A DNA stretch of 49,001 nucleotides. It comes from Candidatus Omnitrophota bacterium (GTDB taxonomy: Bacteria; Omnitrophota; Gorgyraeia; Gygaellales; Profunditerraquicolaceae). The stretch lies in contig JAQTTQ010000003.1 in assembly GCA_028710685.1 (NCBI GenBank), positions 1-49,001 on the forward strand. The letters run 5' to 3'. The notes under the pieces are model-generated. The model was not told the DNA's origin and made no database searches. It saw nothing but the letters and a program-made list of their open reading frames with translations. Position 1 is the first letter of the stretch; each line of letters starts with the position of its first letter. The position numbers and the translations under genes are program-made. Of this stretch, positions 17,928 through 28,796 are shown in pieces.

Positions 17928-18840
17928 AAATTAAGCTTCCGGTGAGGCTGTGTATATCTTTAATTTTTTTCCGTTTAAGATACTTGCCTAAACCGGAAAT
18001 AATCTCAACGCTTACCCGGGGATTGATAAAATTTGCGGTCCCTATGCTTATAGCGGATGCCCCGGCGATAAAGAATTCTAAAGCGCTGGGAGTATCTATT
18101 ATACCACCCATTCCGATAATTGGAATTTTAATCTTATTGTATGCCTCCCAAACCATCTTCAGGGCTACCGGCCTTATTGCCGGTCCGCTTAAACCGCCTA
18201 CCACTGCCGCAAGCCTGGGGCTCTGCCTTTCGGTATTAATACTCATGCCGGATAAAGTATTAATCAGGGCCAGGCAATCACTTCCCGCATCCTCGGCAGC
18301 CTTAGCAAGGTCACTAATACAAGTAACATTAGGGGACAGCTTGGTAATTAATGTTTTTGCCGTTATCCGGCGTATAGATTTTACAATACTATAAGTTGCT
18401 TGGCAGTCCTGGGAGATTAAAGATTCCTGGCCCATAACATTAGGACAGGAGATATTAAGTTCCAGGGCAGATACCGCCTTCAGCTTATTTAATCTTTTAG
18501 CCAATTCAATAAATTCCCTGGAGTCATCTTCAGAGGCAATACTCATAATAATAGGTATACCCAGCTTTTCAAGGAAGGGAAGCTTGTCTTTTAAAAAGGC
18601 CTCTAAACCCGGGTTTTCTAAGCCTATGGAATTAAGCATCCCTGAAGGAGTCTCGCAGGTACGCGCAGGAGGATTGCCACGGCGCGGATTCAAGGTTATA
18701 GTCTTGGTAACAATAGCCCCGAGTTTTTTTAAATTAATAAAGCCCTTGAATTCCTCGGCATAACCGAATGTGCCCGATGCCACCATCACCGGATTCTTTA
18801 ACTTAAGCTTGCCTATTTTAACCGCAAGATTAACTCTCAT
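17917..18840 (-). CDS. pyrD: Dihydroorotate dehydrogenase class 1B catalytic subunit
   Basis: ASGTFG, NSIGLENPG, NISCPN, KLSPN, GGLSGPAIRP. Confidence 0.95.
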   Translation of the reverse strand: MRVNLAVKIGKLKLKNPVMVASGTFGYAEEFKGFINLKKLGAIVTKTITLNPRRGNPPARTCETPSGMLNSIGLENPGLEAFLKDKLPFLEKLGIPIIMSIASEDDSREFIELAKRLNKLKAVSALELNISCPNVMGQESLISQDCQATYSIVKSIRRITAKTLITKLSPNVTCISDLAKAAEDAGSDCLALINTLSGMSINTERQSPRLAAVVGGLSGPAIRPVALKMVWEAYNKIKIPIIGMGGIIDTPSALEFFIAGASAISIGTANFINPRVSVEIISGLGKYLKRKKIKDIHSLTGSLIYES

Positions 18841-18843
18841 CTC

Positions 18844-19617
18844 TTACCAGATTAGCTCCTTGGCATAAAAAACCGGGCCTTCCTTGCATACCCTCTTCAG
18901 GCCATTTTTTGTTTTAACCACACATCCCAAGCAAGCACCTATACCGCAGCCCATATGCTCCTCTAAGGAAACCTGGGCTTGCAGATTATTAGCTATAGCA
19001 ATATTACAGACCTCCTTAAGCATAGGCCCTGGCCCGCAGGCATATAGCTGCATTGCCCCTTTTGCCGCCTTCTCCGTTGCTATAATATTTTTTAATAAAT
19101 CAGTCACCCTGCCGCTAAAACCCCGGGAACCATCATCTGTAGATATCTTAACATCGCTTCCTGAATTCCGAAACTCTTTTTCGCATAAAACCTGATCCCT
19201 TGTCCTTGCACCGATTAAAATAAGCTTATCCCTGGACTTAATTTCTTTGGATAAAAAAAGTAGCGGCGCCACGCCTATCCCCCCTGCGATTAAAATAACC
19301 CTTTTCCCGCGCGCCCCCACGTAATCAAAACCTTTGCCTAAGGGGCCGATAAGATCCAAATAGTCCCCGCTTTTCTTACCTGAAAAAGCCCGCGTCCCTT
19401 CTCCTACAACATTATAGAGAATCTCCAATTTACCGCCAAAGATATTATGTATGCTAAATGGCCGCCGCAGAAAAGGCTTAAGGCCTTCGGATATTCTTAC
19501 GTTTAAAAACTGCCCCGGTTTGGAAGCCCTACAAAGGGAAGGGGCATTAACGATACAATGCCAGCAGCTCCCCTTAAACTTTTTATTGGATGTTATCTTT
19601 GCTTTTATCTGTAACAT
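18844..19617 (-). CDS. pyrK: Dihydroorotate dehydrogenase electron transfer subunit
   Basis: RRPFS, GGIGVAP, MGCGIGACLGC...CKEGPVF [2Fe-2S] motif. Confidence 0.93.
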   Translation of the reverse strand: MLQIKAKITSNKKFKGSCWHCIVNAPSLCRASKPGQFLNVRISEGLKPFLRRPFSIHNIFGGKLEILYNVVGEGTRAFSGKKSGDYLDLIGPLGKGFDYVGARGKRVILIAGGIGVAPLLFLSKEIKSRDKLILIGARTRDQVLCEKEFRNSGSDVKISTDDGSRGFSGRVTDLLKNIIATEKAAKGAMQLYACGPGPMLKEVCNIAIANNLQAQVSLEEHMGCGIGACLGCVVKTKNGLKRVCKEGPVFYAKELIW

Positions 19618-20317
19618 TATCAGGATTAATAAAACGGATTAAATATACGCACAAAAGGACAAATAAAAAAAACACTATAACCAGCCCAAGCAATTCTTTT
19701 AAGAAGAGACCTATTCCTCCGTAGCGCAAATCCTCCCATGATTCAATCAAAAGAATTAAAACTAAAACCGCAATTATCGAGCCGATTTCTTTTTTTACCC
19801 ATTTCAGCTTCAGCGGAAGATACTGCAGCATATCCCTGTTGAAAAGCGCTTCTACCGAAGGAAAGATACGGTTAGGGACATCTTTGCAATAATCCGCATA
19901 TTTCTCAGCGAAGGAGAGTTTTAGTTTTTTCTCCTCCTTATATACAAGTAAAATATACCGTATGTAAAAAAAACATAGGAAAATTATGACTACCCACCAT
20001 TTAAAAAGCATCAGCACGGCCCCGAAACCGATTAAAATTATACCTAAATACATCGGATTGCGCACCAATGAATACGGACCTGTCTTTACTAAATCAAATC
20101 CGTTTTTTGAATTTTCAGACTTAAACCCGCGGGCAGAAACCCTGATGAGCTGACCCAGTAAAATAAAGCCGATACCAAAGATTTCAGCTATAGAGTTATC
20201 CCAGCCAACAGCATTTCTTCGGAAAAAAATCGCCGGGAAGATAGCCAATATAACAACTGCCAAAAACATCACTATACCGTTTATCTTAAGCCTCTTCTTC
20301 ATACTTTTTTCTGGCAT
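19583..20317 (-). CDS. Isoprenylcysteine carboxyl methyltransferase (ICMT/PEMT)-family membrane protein
   Basis: LVKTGPYSLVRNPMYLG, EEKKL...Y..Y...VP, several TM helices. Confidence 0.8.
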   Translation of the reverse strand: MPEKSMKKRLKINGIVMFLAVVILAIFPAIFFRRNAVGWDNSIAEIFGIGFILLGQLIRVSARGFKSENSKNGFDLVKTGPYSLVRNPMYLGIILIGFGAVLMLFKWWVVIIFLCFFYIRYILLVYKEEKKLKLSFAEKYADYCKDVPNRIFPSVEALFNRDMLQYLPLKLKWVKKEIGSIIAVLVLILLIESWEDLRYGGIGLFLKELLGLVIVFFLFVLLCVYLIRFINPDNVTDKSKDNIQ

Positions 20318-21108
20318 TTAGGGCAAAAGTAAGTCCCCCTCCCCCCCAGCGCAGTCCTTTCTATTAAAGATTTACAGACAGGGCATGGCTTATCTTCCCT
20401 TCCGTAAACCTTATGGTATTTCTTATAATCCCCCTTGCCTCCGGATAGCCTAACATAATCATCTACCGAAGAACCGCCGCAACTAACCGCCTCTGCTAAA
20501 ATATCCCGCATAGAATTAAAGAGGGCCTCTTTTTCCCTAGGAGAGAGTTCACAGGCTTTGCGTTGAGGATTTATTTTAGCAGAAAAAAGTATCTCTGCGG
20601 CATAAAGATTTCCTATTCCGCTGATAAATTGCTGGTCCATTAACAAAGGCTTAATCTTAGTTTTCTTACGGGAGAGCATATCCTGAAACTGGGTTAAGGT
20701 CAAGTCCTTTGGTTCAGGCCCCAATCCCTGGATAAATTTTAGATCCCTCCAGTCATCTAAAAGCCTCAGATCCCCAAAAAGCCTTTGATCATTGAAATCC
20801 AGGTCCTTGCCGCTGGAGAGGTGAAAAGTAACCCTAGTGTCTTTTTGCTTCAGGCCGGGATAAATTAATTGACCGGTCATCTTTAGGTGTATAGTAAGAG
20901 ACTTGGCGTTTGATAGCTCCATTATCAAAACCTTCCCCCGTCTCAATACGCGGTTAATTCTTGCCCCCGTCAATCCCTGTTTAAATTTAGAAAGTGAAGG
21001 CTCGCGTATAACCTTGGGGTTGTAAACAGATATCCCCGTAATCTTCTTACCGACAACTATCTGCTCTAAATCCCTCTTAATAGTCTCAACCTCCGGCAGC
21101 TCCGGCAT
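20299..21108 (-). CDS. mutM: Formamidopyrimidine-DNA glycosylase
   Basis: MPELPEVET, RRGK, HLKMTG, GIGNLYAAE, C-terminal CPVC...CPKCQ zinc finger. Confidence 0.95.
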   Translation of the reverse strand: MPELPEVETIKRDLEQIVVGKKITGISVYNPKVIREPSLSKFKQGLTGARINRVLRRGKVLIMELSNAKSLTIHLKMTGQLIYPGLKQKDTRVTFHLSSGKDLDFNDQRLFGDLRLLDDWRDLKFIQGLGPEPKDLTLTQFQDMLSRKKTKIKPLLMDQQFISGIGNLYAAEILFSAKINPQRKACELSPREKEALFNSMRDILAEAVSCGGSSVDDYVRLSGGKGDYKKYHKVYGREDKPCPVCKSLIERTALGGRGTYFCPKCQKKV

Positions 21109-21110
21109 CT

Positions 21111-24100
21111 TTATTTCTTTCTTTTTTTATGATACGACTGCAAAGACTTTACCTCTAAATCTTTTTTCAGCAACGCCTCGATACCGCTTACGGTAGCCTG
21201 GGCAGCGGATATACTGGTGGTATAGGGGATATTATACAAAATTACATGGGAACGAATTTTAACCTCATCCTGACGAGGTATCCTTCCCGAAGGCGTATTA
21301 ATAACCAACTGTATCTTGCCGTCCTTCATCAAGTCCAGGATATTCGGCCTGCCTTCAGCTATCTTCGGCAGGACCTTTACCTTAATCCCGCTTTTATTGA
21401 GGGCATCTGCGGTACCGGTACTGGCATATATATTAAAACCTAAATCCGCCAGCTTCTTTGCGATAAAAATAACCTGTCTCTTATCCCTGTCCCGCACAGA
21501 GATAAAAACATTACCCTTTCGGGGAAGCTTTTGCCCGGCTGCAAGCTGGCTCTTAATATAAGCCCGGCCGAAATCCTTATCAATACCCATAACCTCTCCG
21601 GTAGACTTCATCTCCGGGCCCAATATTACATCCACTCCCGGAAAACGGTTAAAGGGAAATACCGATTCTTTTATCGCTACACACTCTGGTATTATCTCTT
21701 TGGTAAAGCCCAGGTCTTTAAGTTTCTTGCCCAGCAGAACTTTAGTGGCCAGCTCTGCCAGGGGGACTCCGATAACCTTAGATACAAACGGTATAGTCCT
21801 AGAGGCCCGGGGGTTAACCTCTAAAACATAAACCTTCTCATCTTTCACCGCATACTGTATGTTCATTAATCCTACCAGGCTTAATTCTTTAGCCATCTCA
21901 TATGTTGCCTGGCGTATCTTTTGTAATATGCCCTGAGAAAGGGTATAAGTAGGAAGAGACATTGCCGCATCCCCTGAATGTACGCCGGCATATTCAATAT
22001 GCTCTAAGACCCCTCCGATAACAAAGGTCTCGGCATCACCGATTAAATCAACATCCACCTCTATGGCGTCTTCCAAGAACTTATCAATTAAAACCGGATG
22101 TTCACCTGAAACCTCGGCTGCCTCTTTAATGAATTTCTCCAGCGCCTCATCATCATAGGCTATCTCCATAGCCCTGCCCCCTAAAACATAGGAGGGCCTG
22201 ACTAAAACCGGATAACCTATTTTCTTAGCCACGTCTTTAGCTTCATCAAAATTAAAGGCAGTCCCGTTTTCCGGCTGCAACAATTCTAGCTTATGCAGCA
22301 TATGTTTGAAACGTTTTCTATCTTCAGCGATATCGATACTCTCCGCAGAAGTACCTAGGATATTTACCCCTGCCTTACGCAGTGAAACAGCTAAATTCAA
22401 CGGAGTCTGGCCTCCGAATTGCACAATCACCCCCATCGGCTTTTCAAGTTCGATAATATTCATAATATCTTCAAATGTAAGCGGCTCAAAATAGAGCCTA
22501 TCCGATGTATCATAATCAGTAGATACGGTCTCGGGGTTACAATTAACCATAATGCTGTCTACCCCCTCCTCTTTTAAGGCATAGGCGGCATGGCAACAGC
22601 AATAATCAAACTCAATGCCCTGGCCGATCCTGTTAGGGCCTCCACCTAAGATTACCACCTTCTTATTTTTACTCTGCCTTGACTCGTCTGCTGTTTCATA
22701 AGTAGAGTAATAATATGGCTGCTTAGCCGCTACTTCTCCGGCGCAGGTATCTACTAATTTATATACCGCCTTTACGTTTTGTTTTTTCCGTGCTTCCCTC
22801 ACCTTGGCCTCCCTGGAATTTAAAATAAATGCCAATTGATGATCGGAGAAACCGTTTAATTTAGCCACCTTCATTAGCTCAAGGGGTAATTTAATCTCCT
22901 CATCAATCTTATTATTCCTATACTTCATTATCTCCTCTTCTATCTCTACTAATTCTTTCATATTATCAACAAACCAACGGTCCATATCAGAAAGGGCGCA
23001 GATTTCATCTGTTGATATCCCCGCCTTAAACGCGTAGCGGATATAAAAAATCCTTTCATCATTGGGCTGGCGGATTTTGTCGCGTATCAATTGAAGAAGC
23101 CCTTTGTCAGCCTTTTTAAGATCCTCGTCGCTTAACTTATCCTTGCCGTCACAGCCAAAACCAAAGCGCGATATCTCCATAGAACGGATGCCTTTCTGAA
23201 ACGCCTCTTTAAAGTTTCTTCCTATGGACATTACCTCCCCCACTGCCTTCATTGACGTGTTTAAGACCCTCTGTGCATGAGGGAATTTCTCAAAGGTAAA
23301 ACGGCAGATTTTAAATACGCAGTAATCTACCGTTGGCTCAAAAAAGGATGTAGTCTTGCCGGTTATCTGGTTCATCACCTCGGGCAGGGTATAGCCGACC
23401 GCTAGCTTTGTAGCAACGCGGGCAATAGGAAGCCCGGTTGCCTTTGAGGCTAAGGCAGAAGAGCGTGAAAGCCGGGGGTTGACTTCAATAATAACGATAT
23501 CCCCGTTACGCGGATTCTGGCCAAACTGGATATTTGCTCCTCCTGCGGTTATACCGATACGCCGAATAATCCGTTTAGATAAATTTACAAAATTATTATA
23601 CTCTTGAGCAGTCAGCGTCTGGGCAGGGGCCACCACAATGCTATCCCCGGTATGCACCCCCATCGGGTCAACATTTTCCATAGAGGTAACCATAATAACA
23701 TTATCGCAACAATCGCGCATTACCTCAAACTCAATCTCTTTCCACCCCAATACAGACTGCTCAACTAAAACCTGATGCACCGGGCTTGTCTCTAAACCTT
23801 TGGCTAAGAATTTTTCCAACTCTTCCCGGTTATAGGCAATTGATCCGCCGCTGCCGCCTAAGGTATAAGCCGGCCTTAATATGAGCGGAAACCCTATTGA
23901 AAGACCTATCTTCATTCCTGCCTCTACAGAAGTAGCGATTCCGCTCCTAGGGGTATTAACGCCTATCTCCTGCATTGCCTTTTTGAACAGGTTCCTATCC
24001 TCGGCGCAGGATATAGCACTCACTGAGGCACCGATAGACTCAACCCCGTATTTTTTCAAAACTCCCTGCTTCATTAAAAAGAAAGCAAGGTTTAACCCCG

Positions 24101-24380
24101 TCTGACCGCCTAAAGTCGGCAATATAGCATCCGGGCGCTCTTTAGCGATTACCTTTGTAACCATTTCAATAGTCAAAGGCTCTATATAAGTTACATCTGC
24201 CATACCAGGGTCAGTCATTATGGTAGCCGGATTTGAATTAATCAGTATAGTAAAATATCCCTCTTCCCTCAACGCTTTACACGCCTGGGAGCCCGAATAA
24301 TCAAATTCGCAAGCCTGCCCTATAACAATCGGGCCGGAGCCAATCATCAAGACCTTTTTTATATCCTTTCTGCGCGGCAT
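21111..24380 (-). CDS. carB: Carbamoyl-phosphate synthase large subunit
   Basis: [18 protein letters not shown], duplicated ATP-grasp halves, [18 protein letters not shown] domain. Confidence 0.97.
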   Translation of the reverse strand: MPRRKDIKKVLMIGSGPIVIGQACEFDYSGSQACKALREEGYFTILINSNPATIMTDPGMADVTYIEPLTIEMVTKVIAKERPDAILPTLGGQTGLNLAFFLMKQGVLKKYGVESIGASVSAISCAEDRNLFKKAMQEIGVNTPRSGIATSVEAGMKIGLSIGFPLILRPAYTLGGSGGSIAYNREELEKFLAKGLETSPVHQVLVEQSVLGWKEIEFEVMRDCCDNVIMVTSMENVDPMGVHTGDSIVVAPAQTLTAQEYNNFVNLSKRIIRRIGITAGGANIQFGQNPRNGDIVIIEVNPRLSRSSALASKATGLPIARVATKLAVGYTLPEVMNQITGKTTSFFEPTVDYCVFKICRFTFEKFPHAQRVLNTSMKAVGEVMSIGRNFKEAFQKGIRSMEISRFGFGCDGKDKLSDEDLKKADKGLLQLIRDKIRQPNDERIFYIRYAFKAGISTDEICALSDMDRWFVDNMKELVEIEEEIMKYRNNKIDEEIKLPLELMKVAKLNGFSDHQLAFILNSREAKVREARKKQNVKAVYKLVDTCAGEVAAKQPYYYSTYETADESRQSKNKKVVILGGGPNRIGQGIEFDYCCCHAAYALKEEGVDSIMVNCNPETVSTDYDTSDRLYFEPLTFEDIMNIIELEKPMGVIVQFGGQTPLNLAVSLRKAGVNILGTSAESIDIAEDRKRFKHMLHKLELLQPENGTAFNFDEAKDVAKKIGYPVLVRPSYVLGGRAMEIAYDDEALEKFIKEAAEVSGEHPVLIDKFLEDAIEVDVDLIGDAETFVIGGVLEHIEYAGVHSGDAAMSLPTYTLSQGILQKIRQATYEMAKELSLVGLMNIQYAVKDEKVYVLEVNPRASRTIPFVSKVIGVPLAELATKVLLGKKLKDLGFTKEIIPECVAIKESVFPFNRFPGVDVILGPEMKSTGEVMGIDKDFGRAYIKSQLAAGQKLPRKGNVFISVRDRDKRQVIFIAKKLADLGFNIYASTGTADALNKSGIKVKVLPKIAEGRPNILDLMKDGKIQLVINTPSGRIPRQDEVKIRSHVILYNIPYTTSISAAQATVSGIEALLKKDLEVKSLQSYHKKRKK

Positions 24381-24383
24381 ATC

Positions 24384-25460
24384 TTAATCCCTCCCTAACA
24401 TTTTCATGAATTTAATGAATACTTCGTTAGTTTCATGGAACCCAGGAGAAACAGGCATATACTGTACGCCGATAATCTTAAGCGCCTTACTCTCGATCCC
24501 CTCTACCGTCCGGTCATTCAAATTATAGCCGCTGATCTTTAAACCTTTAATCCCCAACAAAGAATCATGGTCTAAGATATACGCATGGTTTTGCGCAGTA
24601 ATTTCACCCTTAAAGGAGGAAGGGCTTTGTATCGGATAATTAACCCCCCGATGGCCAATCTTTAATTTATTAATCTTTGCGCCTAATGCCATAGCTAAAG
24701 CTAGATTGCCTGAGGCTATACCTAAAATAGGTAACTTGCCGATTAAAGGCCTTATATTCCCCGCTACCTTCTCTAATCCGGGAAGATCCTCCGGGCCGCT
24801 TGAAATAATTAAACCCTTGGTTTTTAATCTAAGGATCTCTTCCCCGCTTGTGCTATGCGGCAAAAGCTTCAAGGAACAGCCCAGAGACTCTATCTGGCGC
24901 ATAATACTTCGGGTTACGCCCAAATCCAGCACCGCCACCCTCTTACCTGCAGATTTTCCCGAATGCACAACTTTTTGCGTTGATACCTTATCAATTAAGG
25001 CTAAAGATTTATCTTTGCCCAGCGCGGCTATCTTTGATAACAGCTCCTTACGGTCAAAGGTTTCTGTGGAAATTACCCCCATCATAGAACCCTTCTGCCT
25101 TAAATGCACGGCTAGAGTACGGGTATCAGCCGAATGCATAAAAAGCAGACCGTTACGCTTTATAAAGCTCCCCAAGCTCTCCCGGGCTTGCCAGTTGGAA
25201 AATATGCGCGAACTTTCTTTGATAACCAATCCCGCCAGCCAAACTGTATCCGATTCGTTAAACTTAGCCGCACATCCGTAGTTGCCAACCAAGGGATATG
25301 TTAAGACTAATATTTTATCAACATTAGCAGGGTCGGTCATCATCTCCTGATAGCCCACCACTGCGGTATTCGTAATAACCTCGCCAACCCTTTCCTTTTG
25401 TAAGGTTTCTGATTCTCCTATAAAGCTTTTTCCGTCTTCTAACATAAGAATTGCTTTCAT
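24384..25460 (-). CDS. carA: Carbamoyl-phosphate synthase small subunit, glutaminase catalytic residues substituted
   Basis: GEVITNT..GYQEMMTDP, TYPLVGNYG, GHRGVNYP, ITAQNH; but GIASGNL replaces GICLGHQ and QYMPV replaces QYHPE. Confidence 0.88.
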   Translation of the reverse strand: MKAILMLEDGKSFIGESETLQKERVGEVITNTAVVGYQEMMTDPANVDKILVLTYPLVGNYGCAAKFNESDTVWLAGLVIKESSRIFSNWQARESLGSFIKRNGLLFMHSADTRTLAVHLRQKGSMMGVISTETFDRKELLSKIAALGKDKSLALIDKVSTQKVVHSGKSAGKRVAVLDLGVTRSIMRQIESLGCSLKLLPHSTSGEEILRLKTKGLIISSGPEDLPGLEKVAGNIRPLIGKLPILGIASGNLALAMALGAKINKLKIGHRGVNYPIQSPSSFKGEITAQNHAYILDHDSLLGIKGLKISGYNLNDRTVEGIESKALKIIGVQYMPVSPGFHETNEVFIKFMKMLGRD

Positions 25461-25933
25461 TTTGACCCTCCGGCCTTGCCTGAATATAATAGTTTTCTTG
25501 CTAAAATTACTGCCCTATCAACTCTTTCTGCCTGTATAACCCCCGGGATATCCCAGGATTTAAGCGATATAACCGGAATGCCAAACTGCAGACAATAGGC
25601 AATCTCTGAAAGGGTACCTGCCTTGCCTGGCAAGGCAATCACAACATCTGCGCTTTTAACCACAAGTACATTTCTTGCCAAACCTAACCCTGTAGGAAGA
25701 ACAATATCGATGTAAGCATTAGCTTCATCTTTATTATAACCAGGTATAATACCTATAGTTAAGCCTCCTCCTGTCCTAAAACCTTTACAAACCGCCTCCA
25801 TCACTCCACTTAATCCCCCACAAACAATCAAATCAACCACTTCTGAGAGTTTTTTGCCTAATTTATAGGCTACATCCTCCACTTTTACATCACAATCATG
25901 ACCACCAATTACCGCAACTATTTTTTTTCTCAT
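25457..25933 (-). CDS. TIGR00725 family (LOG/SMF-like Rossmann fold) protein
   Basis: VAVIGG, CGGLSGVMEAVCKG, TGLGLARN, GTLSEIAY. Confidence 0.82.
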   Translation of the reverse strand: MRKKIVAVIGGHDCDVKVEDVAYKLGKKLSEVVDLIVCGGLSGVMEAVCKGFRTGGGLTIGIIPGYNKDEANAYIDIVLPTGLGLARNVLVVKSADVVIALPGKAGTLSEIAYCLQFGIPVISLKSWDIPGVIQAERVDRAVILARKLLYSGKAGGSK

Positions 25934-25941
25934 CTTATTTG

Positions 25942-26013
25942 TGCGCCTGGCGGGAATCGAACCTGCACATCTAGCTCCGGAGGCTAGCGCCCTATCCTTT
26001 GGGCCACAGGCGC
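25942..26013 (-). tRNA. tRNA-Arg(CCG)
   Basis: GCGCCTG...CAGGCGC-A, anticodon loop CT-CCG-GA, T-loop TTCGATT (one A-C mismatch in the T-stem); no CCA. Confidence 0.9.
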
Positions 26014-26014
26014 A

Positions 26015-26299
26015 TTAATAGGCCGACTCTGCAAATATCTCCTGCGCAGTTATCTCTTTTGCCACAGCATAGGATAATTCGGGAATTCGTACCTCAAAAT
26101 CCTTGGTCTGTGATTTTAAAAAACCCTTAATTGTAAAAACAAAGCTTGAGATGGATACGGTCTTAACATACAAAAGGACCCTAAAGGCAACACAATTATA
26201 ATCCTTCGAAGACTCGTTAGTAACCTCCCCCTGCATAGTGAGACAATCTTCTAGCTTATTTTGCTTGTATTGAATATTACGGAATTTAAACTGAAGCAT
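26015..26299 (-). CDS. Small hypothetical beta-rich protein, FxLYD-like
   Basis: Fills the gap between the EndoQ-like gene and tRNA-Arg; GEVTNESSKDY...FRVLLY...TKDFEV resembles the FxLYD pattern. Confidence 0.5.
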   Translation of the reverse strand: MLQFKFRNIQYKQNKLEDCLTMQGEVTNESSKDYNCVAFRVLLYVKTVSISSFVFTIKGFLKSQTKDFEVRIPELSYAVAKEITAQEIFAESAY

Positions 26300-26309
26300 G
26301 ATCGACCCC

Positions 26310-27548
26310 CTAGAATAAATTTAATTGTTCTTCGTTCTTATCCTGCGCTTGGTTTGTATCAACTATAGAAATAGTACCATATTCTCCATCAAATCCGGCC
26401 TTAATATCCACCTTGCCTTCTCGCACCCTTAAAACCCCTTCTACAGCCTTTGGCGACAAACCTTTCAATAAATCATTTTTTGTAAGGCGCATTAATACTT
26501 CAAATTCTGTACCTAGTTTGGCTAAGGCAGCCTGATACTCCCTGGCTACCGAAATGCTTGTTTTAGCTACTCCCTTTGTATCCGCAATTATTTCATCTAA
26601 AGGGATAAGTCTTTTAAATGGGATCGCGCCTACGGGCTTAAATCCTTCCGGCCTATCCGCTAATTTTTCAACGCGGTTTACAACCCCTACCGTAACCTGC
26701 CTGCCGCACTTAGGGCATCTGCCGTTATGCTCCTTAGTCTCTTGGGGAGACCATCTTATCCCGCACATCCTATGCCCGTCAAAATGGTACTTACCTTCTT
26801 CAGGAAAGAATTCTACCGTATAAAGAAACCTGCTCTTATCCTTTGTCCTTAAAACATCGCGTATAGTTTTATAATCCAGCTCGCAGTTAAATACGTTAGA
26901 CTCACGGCCGATCTTCTGCGGAGAATGCGAATCACTATTTGAAATCAGGGTAAATTTATCTAATGCCGACAGCCTCCAGTTCATCGCCGGATCGCTAGAG
27001 AGCCCTGTCTCTAAGGCAAAGATATTTTTTGTCTGCTCTTCAAAGCAATCCTCTATTTTATCAAATCCTGACATTGAACCGAAAAGAGAAAACCATGGCG
27101 TCCATATGTGCCCGGGGACGATCATACAGTTTTCATCAATATTAAAAACTATCCTTGCCAGCTCTGCGGCATCCAGGCCTAAAATGGGGCGACCATCCGA
27201 AGCCAGATTCCCTATGTGGCTGAGTTTTTCATTAATCTTATCTACCGTCTTAAAAGACGGAGCAAAGATAAGATTATGTATCCTGTACACCTTACCGCGC
27301 TTTGAATAAATACTGCTTACCTCAGAAGTCAGAATAAAATAAATACCGTTATGTTTATACAGCCCGTTTGCGCAATCTTCTAAATTATGCCTTAATTCCT
27401 CCAGCCATAAATGATGGGTAAAATCCCCAGTCCCCATCAAGGTAATCCCCTTAAGCTTTGCCCAATAGGCTAAATTCTTAACATCCATATCCCGGCTGGT
27501 AGCACGGGAATATTTAGAATGAATATGGAAGTCTGCTATGAACTCCAT
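26310..27548 (-). CDS. PHP-domain endonuclease Q family protein (TIGR00375-like)
   Basis: DFHIHSKYS, GTGDFTH, HIWTPWFS, ETGLSSD, NSDSHS, GKYHFDGHRMC...CPKC zinc module, GFDGEYG. Confidence 0.82.
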   Translation of the reverse strand: MEFIADFHIHSKYSRATSRDMDVKNLAYWAKLKGITLMGTGDFTHHLWLEELRHNLEDCANGLYKHNGIYFILTSEVSSIYSKRGKVYRIHNLIFAPSFKTVDKINEKLSHIGNLASDGRPILGLDAAELARIVFNIDENCMIVPGHIWTPWFSLFGSMSGFDKIEDCFEEQTKNIFALETGLSSDPAMNWRLSALDKFTLISNSDSHSPQKIGRESNVFNCELDYKTIRDVLRTKDKSRFLYTVEFFPEEGKYHFDGHRMCGIRWSPQETKEHNGRCPKCGRQVTVGVVNRVEKLADRPEGFKPVGAIPFKRLIPLDEIIADTKGVAKTSISVAREYQAALAKLGTEFEVLMRLTKNDLLKGLSPKAVEGVLRVREGKVDIKAGFDGEYGTISIVDTNQAQDKNEEQLNLF

Positions 27549-28796
27549 TGATGAATTGCCCCCTTATAAATCGTATAAGCAACAACCCCCTTAAGGTCCT
27601 TTCCGATAAAACTAGAGTTCTTGGACTTGGATAAAAACAAATCCTTTGCAACCTGCCATTTTTGCCCCGGTTCAATTATAGCCATATCCGCAACCCGGCC
27701 CTCGCCTAAAGAGCCTTTATCAACCCCTAAAATGCGAGCCGGATTCAAGGACATCTTCTCCACTAACCCAAACCAATCTAAAAACCCTGTATCCACTAAA
27801 ACGGTTATCGCAGCTGAAAGCTCTGTCTCTAAGCCAACCACCCCAAATTCAGCGCGCTCAAACTCAATCTCTTTCTCATTTTCTGTATGCGGGGCATGGT
27901 CCGAGGCAATCACATCAATAATCCCGTTTGCCAAGCCTTCTCTTATCGCCTGTACATCCTCCTTAGAACGCAGGGGTGGGTTCATCTTAAAATTGGTATC
28001 ATACCCTAAAACCGCATCTTCGCTAAAAGTAAAATAATGCGGTGCAGTTTCACAGGTAACCCTTAGACCTTTTTTCTTAGCCCGGGCAATAATCCCTAGA
28101 GATTCTTTACAGCTTACATGCGCGATATGTACCGCTGCCCCTGATTGCGCGGCAAAATCAACATCCCTGGCCACCCTTTTATATTCCGACTCTTGGGAGA
28201 TCCCCTTTAAACCCAGCCTAGTTGAAGTAAACCCTAAATTAACCACTCCAAAATTAGAAAGCGCCTTATCCTCGCTATGGCATATAATAGGAAGTCCGGC
28301 CTTTTTCGCCGACCTTAAAGCTGCCAGCATTATCTCATCTGAATCCACGGAAGATCCGTCATCGGAGAATGCCACTGCCCCTTCCTTTTTAAGCATAGCC
28401 ATATCAACCACCTCTCTACCCTTGCGCCCGGTAGTGATAGCGGCACAGATAAGTACGTCTGCCTGCGCACTTTTACTGATTGCTGTTTTTAAGATTTCTA
28501 TACTGCTTAAAGAGTCAATCGCCGGATCAGTATTAGGCATAGCCAATACCGCAGTAACCCCCCCGTGTAAGGCAGCCTTAGTTGCCGTATAGATAGTCTC
28601 CTTATCCTCCCTGCCGGGCTCCCTTAAATGCACATGCATATCCACTAACCCGGGAATAATAATTTTCCCTGAGGCATCCAACACCTTGGCATCGTCAGCC
28701 TTAATCGCCTTAGACACCTTGGATATCTTGCCGTTCACGATAAAGATATCCAGGGTATCGTCAATTTTATTGGCCGGGTCAATAACCCTGCCGCCC

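Noticed and set aside
16665-18394. Long antisense ORFs (181, 219 and 150 aa) over atpE, pyrF and pyrD
   Set aside because: They mirror the sense reading frames, with low-complexity Ser/Leu/Ala content; no independent evidence.
24706-25281. 191-aa antisense ORF in carA as a possible reason for the CarA substitutions
   Set aside because: It is a frame-mirror shadow with no motifs and does not cover the His/Glu substitutions at 24450-24458.
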